From Hyphochytrium catenoides (Eukaryota > Protista > Hyphochytriomycota): 33,890 nt of DNA. The stretch covers positions 1 to 33,890 of the forward strand of contig FLMG01000797.1 in the NCBI GenBank assembly GCA_900088475.1, read 5' to 3'. Below, piece by piece: positions 11,582 through 23,100 of the stretch. Position 1 is the first letter of the stretch, and every line of letters starts with the position of its first letter. Both the position numbers and the translations under genes were made by a program. The notes below the pieces were generated by a model. It did no database searches. It was given only the letters and a program-made list of their open reading frames with translations, and was not told the origin of the DNA.

Positions 11582-13028
11582 ATGGAGGACAGCATGAAAG
11601 ACCGTCAGCGTGATCGTAGCCGGCTCTTTGCCAGGCCAGACGGGAAGAGCGAAGCAACTACTTATCCAAGAAATGTTGGAGCCCAGGCACAGGCCCAACC
11701 CCAGGACCGATTTTATGAGGACCTCAATCAGCAAAACTTATCTCTTCTTACAGAGACAAAGTCTATTGGAGGTGCCGTCCTCAGCTCCCTGGACCGTCAG
11801 GGAGGTAAGACGTAGATTAGAAGCAATTTTCTTTGTGACTTAAAGCATGACTGTTCTTCCGCACAGAAAAGCTCAGTCACACAGAGCGTATGCTGCAAGA
11901 AACTCACCATGACGCACTCCACGCGCGGAGGACAGTTCGGTTAGTTGTTCGTTGTATTACATTGAAATCGTTCGGTCAGTAGCTGAGAATGTATGAACTT
12001 CCTTAGGGGAATGACCTGGTCGGGTTGGCTTGCAAACATTGTTTCAAGGAGCCCTTCTACAGGCCTGCCTAGTCCAAGTGCCCCAGTCAGCACTAGATCT
12101 CTTTTGAACCATGCTAACTCCAGGACTACTGAGAACGGGAACGGTGTGGCCGCCATGGGAACTCCGACTGCCGAGTCTGTGGCATCCCGGGTATTTTCCG
12201 CAATGAAGTGTCAGCTGTTGTCCTTGACACTCACTAGTGCTATGGTAGACATCGACGAAGGCAGACACGGACTTGGCTGCCATCGAAAGTGATCTTAATG
12301 AGCTTGAGGCAATGGGAAAGGATATTGGATTTGCCCTTCACAGCCAATCTAAGCAGGTCGACTCTATCGCAGACAAAGCTGAAACAGTTGAAGATGTCAC
12401 GCGTGAAGTGAATAGACGCGCCGCCAACATCATGAACACAGTCACCAGGCAGAGGCCAATCTTCGTCAAGTTCGTAGCTCTTCAGGACAGCAAGAGTGGG
12501 AGGTTTTTACAGGCAGACATGGCATCTAATGACCTTATCTTAGGGTAGGAGCATCCTGTACACATACTAGTTGTCGCCTCCACACTCATGCGGTTCTGGT
12601 TGCAGACCAACATCCATGACTGAGGACTGCCAGTTTGGTGTCTACACCTTAGGTGAATCAAGCGAGATAATAGGCCTCCAGAGCGTGAAGACCGGGCTTT
12701 GGGTCGGCCAAAGTCGGCGAGGTTTTCTCAAGGTATAAAACTTCTGATAACGGGTTGTATGAACGTTACGAGCTGATGATTGATGCAGGCTCAGGCTAGA
12801 GCTATGAAGTCATGGGAGCATCTTTCTTTTAACATCCACCTGCCAGAGGCGAAGCTCCTCTTCTGTAGTGCCTTTTTCGGCAGGGGCGGTTGGTTAGCAG
12901 CGGATGAACGGTGCAATCTTCGTCTCCTACCTGCTTACGACTCTGACAGCAAGAGTCTGGCACTCAGCTTCATTATGATAGACCTTGTAAAGGTGAAAAG
13001 AGGAAATAGTCGTGATAGATTGAAGTAG
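11582..13028 (+). CDS. SNAP-25-like Qbc-SNARE with a C-terminal beta-trefoil (fascin-like) extension
   Basis: Spliced Qb motif LLTETKSIGGAVLSSLDRQG|EKLSHTERMLQETHHDALHARRTVR|GM and Qc motif DTDLAAIESDLNELEAMGKDIGFALHSQSKQVDSIADKAETVEDVTREVNRRAANIM both carry the zero-layer Gln. No transmembrane helix. About 140 further residues form three internal pseudo-repeats. The exact C-terminus is uncertain (possible extra intron at 12992-13058). Confidence 0.85.
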
Positions 13029-14131
13029 AGATACCCAAAGTATCGCTGTCTCTTCTAGGGGGAAAGCCAGCTGGCAGCCTCCTTGTCGTTGTTTCCTCTC
13101 GCCCAGCGAGCCCGTGTCCTCGTCAGGAGTTATTTTGCTTTTGCGAAGCCCTGCGGCTACTATATGAACAAGGCGGAGCCCACAGCTCCATTATTTATCT
13201 GTACAATATTAAGGCTACCTTAGCTAACGAAGTCCATTAGAGCTTCAATTGAGTCCGTATTTTCTCTGCTTCCTTTTCATGAGAGCACATACGCTACCCT
13301 CCTTGTGACCCTAGTGTTACCCTGGGTCGCTCAAGAACTTCGGCATGTAATACGCTGCCACGCATGGCCTCAACTTTAGAATGGCCCTACTTTGTAGTCC
13401 TGAAGGGTTCTTGACACTCCTTCGACAACCGACAGGATTCATTTCTGGCTGGATTCTACGACTCTTGAGAGCCCAACGTCATGATGTTTCGGAACCAAAG
13501 AGACTACCTTTTTCCACTCATTATAGCGCATGCCATATATGGACTACCAGGCAAATCATCATCCTTCTAAGCGCTAGTCGGCTAAAGCTAGACTTTCGCT
13601 GTGCTGGGTCTTAAGCTTCGATGAGGCGTGAGGCTGCGCGCTCGCTGAAGGCGATGCGGCTGCCGCACAAGGCTCATGATGGGCGCCACATAACTCAAAA
13701 GAGATGATGGGAGGGAATGCCCGGGGGAGGTCTGGATAGGCTGGGTGGGCATGGCGTCTATCCCTAGGTCTACTTTAGTGAGAAGTGGGTGGTGCTCCTC
13801 GGTCGTTACATTGTATTCGCCATCAAAAACGGCGTGGAACTCCTCTCTCTGCACTGTTGCCACTTCACAGTCATTATATTCCAAGGCTTTGCCTGCCAGA
13901 CCGGTCACGAGCCAAGCTCAATAACGAAAGGTCTTGGCTGCGCTACTGGCGGCACTTTCTGCGCTAAGATCAGCGTGGTTCAGGTGCCACTGCTCGTAAG
14001 GTTTCGAGTCTCTGAGGGTAGAGAAGTGCGGGAGTAGTGACCGTCTTCATTTTTCAAGTCTCGTTAATTGAGTTGGGCTGCCCACAGCCTCTGGATCCTG
14101 GGAAGAGTCCCCTTCGTGGAGAACGAGAACA

Positions 14132-16344
14132 ATGTTCTTGAATGATGATACGATCGATGATAACAAGGACTCTAAAGGAGAGGTTAGGCGCCCCTCTCGC
14201 CCCCCGTCATCAGGCAGTACTAGGATGTCCATCCCAGGTGCGCCAGTTGGTGACGACGATGACTCCGGCCTTGGAAGTGCTGGTGCTCTGTCATCTTCTG
14301 CTGCCCGCTCTCGGGTTTTGCAGCAGCAGAAGGAGCTGCAGATGAAAAAAATGCAAACTCGCATGGGTTCAGGTACGCGCAATTTTGCAGGGTCTGTGGG
14401 GCTCTCAGTCAAGAGATAACACCACCCGTTGCTGTTAGGGTTGCTGACTTCCACAACCGAGAAGACAGAGAGTAGCATTACCTCATCCAGCCGCCAACTT
14501 TCGAAGCCCAAAGATGTTGAGGATGATGATGAGGTGTCTTCCCCATCTTCTCGAAGAAGATCATCTGTAGAACGTGAGGAGCGCAGTAGCAGAAGAAAGT
14601 CCTTGCGTGACTCCGACGAGAATGGGTCCGATGACGATAACCGGCGGCCTTCATCGAGAAGGTCAAGAAGAGAACGCCGCAGAGACGATGATGACGACGA
14701 GCACGACGATCGACGCGGCAGCCGCCGGGACCGTGGCCGAGAGAAAGATGTTAGCGATGAAGAAAGGCCAAGGACGGCAAATCGGCGAAGAGAGTCAGAG
14801 AGGGATCGCGACGGAGAAAGAGACAGGGATCGCGAGAAGGATCGTGGGCGCGACCGGGACCGTGATCGCGACGCCAGAGACGATAAAGAGAGGTCAGATA
14901 GGCCACGCGATCGCCGTGAAAGCCGCCGTTCTCGCAAGGATGACCGCTCAGAAGATGAAGATCGAGACAGAGGCAGTTCTGAGGATGACCGGCCAAGAGA
15001 GAGGGAGCGGACTCGAGAAAGAAGGTCCAGCTCCGCTAGGAGGCGAAGAAATACTGAGTCTAGCGAGGAGGAAGAAGAGTATCAGGTTTCTTCTCGAAAG
15101 GTAAGAAGCTGCTATCTCGTTCCATCTAGGAAGTAGGCTTATCCATCTTCCTGCCAGAGTGAGCGTAAGAAATCGATCGACGACAACACTTCCAACGCAG
15201 ACCAAGACGAGACAAGAGCAGTTTCTCCACTCAAAAGCCCAGAAAAGGAAGGAGCTGAAAAAGCCGCCATTCCACCGACCGTGAAAGTACAGCTCGATCT
15301 GTCTGACATCAGGCAATTCATGATGAGGTAGGCATCAATGGCTTGTATGACCTAGGCCGCAAGATCCCATAGACGATAAACTCTGCCAGGCCGACGCCCA
15401 AGGAGTATGGTTGCGTACAGTGCACCATTATAAGGCAGCGAGGAAGTGGGCTAGACAAGCCTTATCCTGAGTACTTCCTTCACCTCAGGGTAAGCACGCC
15501 TTTTCCTTCACCATAGTTTCCGCAGCTAAGCGGGTCGTCGCCTATCAATAGGAAGGAGACAAGTTTTTGGCTTGTAGCAAGAAGAGGCCCAAGAACAAGA
15601 CGAGCAACTATCTGATCTCTCTGCAGAAGGGAGACTACAACCGGACCGGTCTGAACTGTCTGGGAAAGCTCAGAAGCAACTTTATTGGGACTGAGTTCGG
15701 GATCTTCGACAAAGGCGTCAACCCCAAGGATCTGGAGGATGAGAACCAGACCGTGAGCGAACTAGCCATTCGCCAGGAACTGGGTGTGGTCACATACGTA
15801 AGCCTACTGACTTCTTACAGTGCAAGGAGGCATCCGCGATGTTAACACCTCTGATTCTCCCCCACCCTAGGAGCAAAATCTATTGGGCAAGCGTGGACCA
15901 CGAAAGATGCGTGTAGCTGTTCCCAAGGTGCGGGACGACAATACTCGCATTATCTTCCGCCCTCGGACTAAGGAGGAGGAGATAATGACGAAGCTTAAGG
16001 ACCAAGATCATACCAACCTTGTGTTCCTGGTCAACAAGCCCCCTAAGTGGAATGATCAGGTGAAGTCTTAACCAGCTTGACGCAGTTACTGCCCTGTCCG
16101 TGCGTCCTAACATGTTAACTTCGCTTAGGTTGGCGCCTACGTCCTAAACTTTAATGGCCGTGTGACAATGGCTTCCGTCAAGAACTTTCAGCTGGTGACG
16201 CCGGACAATTTGGATCGCATTGTCCTTCAGTTCGGCCGCGTAGGACAGGATCAGTTCACAATGGACTACCAATGGCCACTCTCACCCTTTCAGGCGTTTG
16301 CTATTGCGCTTAGCAGCTTTGACTCAAAGATTGCGTGTGACTAG
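14132..16344 (+). CDS. Tubby/TULP-family protein with long Arg/Asp/Glu/Ser-rich linker
   Basis: C-terminal Tubby domain motifs: [116 protein letters not shown]-stop. All introns are GT-AG and phase-compatible. Confidence 0.95.
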
Positions 16345-17127
16345 TTTGCCAAGTCTGCCTCATTTCGAAGCAATTGGACTTCTTAGCGAATGGCAGTACT
16401 CTCAGCAAAGGCCTAGAATGCTTTGCTAACCATCTTTTAGCGTCAGTCAAATTAATTCATATCACTATGAACAGGATGAGCTCTTTTCTCTGCATAGTGA
16501 AGAGCTGAACTCAACTTGTCAATGGAGTCCTAGGGATGTGCCGCTTATACTGAGGAGCTGTCCGCTCCCTTCAGATCCCGTGACAGAGACACTTTCAGAG
16601 ACCGCGACACAGCATGAAGGGGAAAGGGGGAAAGGGCGGAAAGTCATAGCTGCTGCACCTTATACTATCACTCTAACCGGCGTCACCGCGTGACAAGGCG
16701 CTCTACTCCTCAAACACATCTCTTGTGACGTTGCAGACACAGCCGTCGCCGTCTATCTCTACAATCCCTGAGCAATACTTTGACTGGGTAACCTAGTTCA
16801 GGCATCACAGATCCGCAGAAGGCGTACCCGTAGGATGTATGCTGAAGAGCGCGTGAGGAGATCTGATGGATCGTGGCAACCTTGACCTCGTAGAAGCTCC
16901 ACAGGTGTGCGCTCTGCGACCAAGGAGCTTTTGACCTTAGGAGCGTGTTCTGATCCTGCAGCCCTTATGGGCTTCTTCAGATTCGGCATTACTCGTACTT
17001 ATTCAGGATATCACATGCACTCTTTGGTATTAAGCTCAAAGTGACCAGTCGGATTCTCAATACAAGCGCTAGGACTCACACTCTGTTCCTGTTGAAGAGC
17101 TCTTCCACTTTTTCATTGACACTTTGA

Positions 17128-20100
17128 ATGCCAAGCAGCAAAGTCTCCTTCGATCCACAGCTGTCGGCCTCGCCCCTGCTGCCATCACACGTCTCCCCCG
17201 TCCTTCGCAAGCGCTGGTGGGCACGTTACCTGTCAGCCTTCCGGACGCTGCAGGCTTGTGGCCTCATAGTCCCGCGTATTTATCTCTGTGCAGGTGCTAG
17301 GACAGATCTCTTTCTGATTTGTGGTGTAAGTTAGCTAGCTCTCATTCTTCTTCTGCAGCTCAAGCACTATAAGACAGCTCGCCAGTTGTATCTACCATGG
17401 GGGAGCATTTGACGCAAAGACAAAGCTTCTTACATTAGAAGGTTGGCACCATGCCTTCCCCGCCATCAGGTTACCATCTTCAATGGCCCTTGCCTAGTGA
17501 GTGGACTAACAGGCTGGTATTGGAACAGAGTCCTCAAGCTCGTCAGGGCCTGGAGATAAGAGGCCCAAGCGAGCAGCGACTCAGAGGAAAGAAAGCAAGC
17601 CTACTTCTCGTGCTGGGTCTGCCACTCGGAGAGACATCAGAGATGGAGTGACGGGTAGCCCATCGTGCTGCTTTCAACGATAACTACTTGCCAATCTGAC
17701 GTTTTCTGCCTCCCCTAGACTCACTAATGAGCAAAGACGGTGAGAACCAAGTAATGTCTGATGCTCATGAGGAGGATAACTCTACGGAGAGCTCCGATGA
17801 TGATGGTCCGCATACTACGGACTACCCATATCGACCTCCGCGCGTGGATCCTGAACTCTATCAGGTTGCAGTGCTTGATGATGTCATTGCCGCCAAGCCG
17901 TCCAATGGCAGACTTTCAGGTATGGGTTTCTCCATGGAACTGACGATGTTGCCTCTCTGAGCGCGTAACTGCTTTCTCTCTCTAAAGCCCGCCTATCAAT
18001 CGAGTCAGATGTGCGAGGGAACCAGATGTCCATTCACGATGGGCGCATCTGGTCTCCAGACTTTGAGGACATGTCATCGGATGCAGGTGCGAGGCCTGCT
18101 TTGCCCTGCCAAGGAAGTTTTCTGCTAACGAGTCTTTTCTTGACATATCGAAGTGGACCATTTTATAGAGTTTGCTCGGAGCTTGACCCGAGAGATGCCA
18201 CCAGCCTTTGTAACTGGCCAGAGCATTACCCTTGATGCAGAGGTGGGCAAGCTAGCAGAGGAAGATCTTGAACTAGCGGAAGGTAGCTCCAAGCAGAGGC
18301 CAATGGCATCAGACGAGCTCGTACTTCGCTTTCTTCATCAGCAGAAGATGCAGGAAGCAAGGGCACAGTTTCTGTTGCAGGCAGCACATGGAGTTGGCAA
18401 AGGTCCTTAAAATAGTGCCAAAGCATCACTGCGCGTGCTGCTGCTCACCGAATCCTTTCTGCCCTTCCTCCCATATAGAGTTTGCCTGGTTCCAGGCAAC
18501 GGAAGAGAGCTCAAAGTCGAATTCATCCAGGCTTTCTTGGCTGCAGGGTGCGACAAATGGCTACCGGATTGTACCAGGAGGCGCCTCTCCGACGCACTTC
18601 CGCAGTGGCAGTGCCCAGGAGGTATTTGACAAGTTCAAGGAGACAAGCAACGATACTTCGGCAACCGCTTCAAGAGGTGGAAGAGATAGGGATCGGTGAG
18701 TTCTATCTAACCCCGTCTATCCCTAGCAAGCCGGACTAATCAGCCATAGTGCGAGCCGATCTGAACTTCAAGGCCGCTGGAAGAGCTGGCAAGCTGAAGT
18801 GAAGAAGTCTTTAGCAAGTAACAAGACGCCGAACGGTCCGCAGATATCCTTCCAACAGCTCCTACAGCTAGAAACTGAAGCCCAAGCTCTCCCCCCTCCT
18901 GATGAAGCTCCTGGAGGTTTGTGGCTGCGCTCTCATTTCTATAAGGTTGTTCTCCATCAGTTTACGATGTCCTTATGACGCAGAGCGCTTCCTGGAGCAG
19001 CTGAAGAGCACGTATGACGCACTTTTACAACGACTGCGGTCCGTGTATAGCTGGATTGCTAGGGCGACGGATATCCTAGCTGGCACCATCTCCAATTCCG
19101 ACGTGGTTACTCTTGAACAGTTGCTGAACTCTGCCAACTCCTTTTCTCTCTCAGTGCCGTCTGTCGAGATCGTCCGACAACTGGTCGCGGACATAAGAGA
19201 GTGGCAGGCAAGGTCTAGGACAGCACTGGGCCAGCTTTCGTCCTTGGGAACGCTGCTTACTCTTCTGCGACAAGCTGACGAAAACCGATGGACTCTGTTA
19301 GAACGTGATCAATTGCAGAAGAAGATTGAAGGTAACAGGACTTATGTACTTCGCTTACCCTGGGAGACCCCTGCCTCTTCGTCAACTTAGTGCTTCGAGA
19401 AGCCCATTCACAAGCGGCCTGTACCGTAGTATTTCCTCCACCGCCATCAGTCACTGGGATCTGACTCTGATTTTCTTAGTCGCCCAGCAGTTCGTTGCTG
19501 CCGTGAATGAAGCATTTCTTAGGAGAAACAGGCGAAAGGTGAAAATCCCACTGATACAGGTCCGTGTTGTCGGCGAGGCATTTTTCGCGGTATATCTCAC
19601 TACTTACCTCCTATCTTCGCTTTCTGATCCACATTCGCTCTCCCAATTCCTGGCCTTATTTATCTACTTTCGTATAGCTGAAAGAGTTGCTGGGCAAGAT
19701 AGACGTAGCCGAAGTGGACTTTGAGGAGGCAAAAATCTTGCGCGCACATATCTATGATGCAGAAGAGTGGGTGCGAAGAGCACGAGATGCTACCTCAAAG
19801 CGTGCTGACATGAAAACGCTCATGGCGATGCTTAATGAGGCAGAGACTATTCCAGTCGACCTATCTGAGGAGGTGATGAGGATCCAAGATGAACTGAAGA
19901 AAGCCCGAGACTGGGTTAACAAAGTCCGGAAGATGGTTCCAAAACAGGCGAAGACACGCCGGACGGCGCCAATGGAAAAGGTTTGTACCTACTCGCCCTT
20001 ATAGTCGTTACCTGGAGCTAAGTCAACGTGGATGTTCCTAGTTGGAACTGAGCACCATGAGGGACCTTCTAAGTGAGGCTGAATCTATGGCGGTGGACGT

Positions 20101-23100
20101 AAGAGAGCTTGAAGAGATGACTGATGTAAGAAATAGCCTACCCAGTATCTGCAACAGTCTGCATCATCCAGCAAACTCCGTTCTTCTCAGGCTTTTATGC
20201 TTTAGTCGTTCAGACTTTTTTGTATGCCTCTGTCTACCTTTCTGTCTGCTTTGCGCGAAACCCCTCTTGACAGGATTCTCTTAGGTGGTAGAGAGCGCAG
20301 AGGATTGGCTGACAAGGGTGAGAGAAGCACTGCAGTCCGGGACTGACTTCACTGTCAAGTCGCTCCAAGAATTATTGTTAGAATGTGAAGATATCCCAGT
20401 GGAAATGGAAGAGCAGCAAGTTTTGGTGGTGGAAGTTGAGGGACGGATCTGGTCTGATCGAGCAAGAAAAGCTCTCACTGCGCCATATACAGACCTTGAG
20501 AACCTTAAAGTTCTCCTGTCTGAGGTAAAGCTCTTCGTCGCTTCCCTCCCTTCCCCTTGATACCTTCTAAGTTTTTATGTGGATCAGAGTGCGGAGCTAC
20601 GCAACAGGCTACCCGCGCCTTACCAAGCGTCATGGGAACTTGGTGCGGAGGCTGAAGTAAGACAGGCAGTTGAGGGCGCGGAGAAGTGGCTGCATGACAT
20701 CAAACAAGCGCTTGGTAACCAGTGGCTCGCTGCTATTGGGTCGAATGCGGCTGGCACTCCGGTACCCAGCTCGCGGAGGGGAGGTTCCAGCACAAGGACC
20801 ACGATTGATGATGTGGCTGAGCTCCTTAAGACGGCAGAGCAGCTTCCTGTCAAGCTTTCTGCGCAAATTGAGGCTGTGCATCGGACGTTAGATCAGGCGA
20901 CCCAGCTGCGCTCACGGGTGGTGCAGCTTTTAGCTGATATTGACGGTGTTATTGCCAGGAAGGCAGACACCGCAGTCCCTGAGCCACGTGCAATATATCT
21001 AAGTGAACTGTCAACGCTTGCATCTGAATATGAAGCTTTGCCATTAGCCTTTCCGGAAGCTGAAACGTTACAGGTGCAGAATTTAAGTTATGGAATGTTG
21101 AAGCCATCTCGCACTGACATTCTGTGTGTGAGCAGACTTTTCTCACCACATGCGAGAAGTGGCTTGACAAGGCGAGAGCGATAGGGCCCAAGCGCCACTC
21201 GAGAGGCAAAGTTAGAGAGTCAACCAAAAAGGTTAGTACTTATAGATCAGGAGCGGATGTTTGTTGAGCGTGACGACCAGTTCTAATTCTATCTTCCGCG
21301 AAGGTCACTCTTGAGGAAGTCGAAGGCCTTATAGAGGCTGCTCGAGGGTTGCCAATAGTAGTAGAAGAGGATATTAATCATCTTCAGGCAGAGGTAGAAC
21401 GCGCAGGCAGTTGGCAGGCCAAGGCCGAAGTGGTGATTACGCAGGTTTCGGAGGATCTGCTAAAAATGAAGGAACTTGCTCTGAGGCTGGCCTCTCTGGA
21501 GGAGAAAGCATATGGGGAGTACGCAGAAAGAAGAGTCCAGAAGTGCCTACACCGGCGGGAGAGACTTCAAGAAGGCTCTGCCTCGGCGGCAGTCGCTGCC
21601 GAAACGGGCCCTCTTTCCATCTGGACACCCGCGGTGATTAGCGAGGGCTCAGACCCTTCAGCTGTCCAGGACGCCAGTGACTCCAAAAAGCAAGCTGCAT
21701 TTAACAACTGTGCCATTGTTGCCGAGATACTCGAGCGCTTCCCTCCAGTAAAGTCTGTGAAGAAGAGCGTAAGGGAGTACGCAAAGTTCAATTTCCACCT
21801 GCAGGAAGAAGACGTATATTTGGGAGTTGACGAGGACGACGATGAGAAAGAGGAAAGGAAGGAGGAGTCTGATCTGTTAGACCCTCTTTATGAGGAGCAA
21901 TGCCAATCATTCACTTCTATCGCTAGCACAGCGACAGAGAAGCTGAAGAGTCTGTCCGACGAATCCAAACTTCTTGGCATAACTACAGGGAAGGAGAAGG
22001 CAGTGGAACATCTAAAAGCGTCCCTTGACTGGACAGTCCGCGCCCGTGAGGTCCTGACGGGCTCTAAGCTTTCGAATCCGTCCGAACTACGAGGTTTGAT
22101 TTCTGAAGGCGAGAAGCTGTTGAGGAGTGCTACCAAGTCGTCAGAAAGCAGTGCGGAGAGTCACAACGTCCACCTTGAGGCCGAAGCCGAAGCGAATAGC
22201 GACGGCAGCAAGGACGCTGTTAGGCGAACTTTAGAGGACTCACTAGTGGATATAGCTCCGCTCAGGTGAGAAACAGCAGTTATCTTCGATGCAGGGGTTC
22301 TTTCTCACAATAAATCAGACAGAAAGCCTGGAACTACTTACAGTCAACAGTTTATCTAACGCTAATGCCCTTCTCAATAGGAAAGAATATGAGAAGGTTC
22401 AGCACTGGGTTTCCAGGGCCAAATCTGCACTAGAGACCGGGGCGTGCGAACTCTATGAAGTCTTGGATCTCATCGATGAAAGCGAGGAGCTTGCTGTAGA
22501 GGTTGAAGAGGCACGAAAACTGCAGAATGAAGTTAGGAAAGCAAAGTCCTGGCTCAGAAAGACTAGCAAAATGGTGGATAGCGCAGCCAAGGAAGGGACA
22601 CGCTTCACCAAGAAGTCTTTGACACAGCTAGTAAATGAGGCGGATAAGATCAAGGTTCTGCAACAGCTCCATGTTACTTTATTTGATCGAAGTTCCCCTC
22701 CTTGCTATCTATTGCCGTCCGAGCCTGACGCTGACCTTCATGGATTGCAGGACTCGCCAATACTAAAACACTGTTCTTGCCACAGATAAAGCTAAAGAGG
22801 GTAGAACGCTTCCGAGGAGCTCTGTCGGCAGGTCGAAACTGGCTGAAACGTGTAGAAGAGACAGGCATTGAGACTGGGGAGGCCAGCGTGGAAGCCTTAC
22901 AAAACCTGCTCCGGGAGTACTATCGAGGAGAGGTCATCATCGACTTGCAAGAGAATGTCGAGGTATCGATTCTTTGGTTGTTCGCCAGTACTGCAGGTCC
23001 AAATGAGATATTGATAGATCATCACTTCTCCCTCTTCATGCGCCGCCGTGAACTTGGGCCTTTCTTCTAGGTGCTGGAGCAGGCCGTCACCCCTTACTGC

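Noticed and set aside
13588-13908. 106-aa minus ORF between SNARE and Tubby
   Set aside because: GTG start, no recognisable motif and no splice link to an ATG exon; not supportable, though not formally excluded.
14047-14937. 296-aa antisense ORF rich in S/R/L
   Set aside because: It is the mirror of the low-complexity R/D/E/S exon of Tubby, whose codons rarely create antisense stops; no independent motif.
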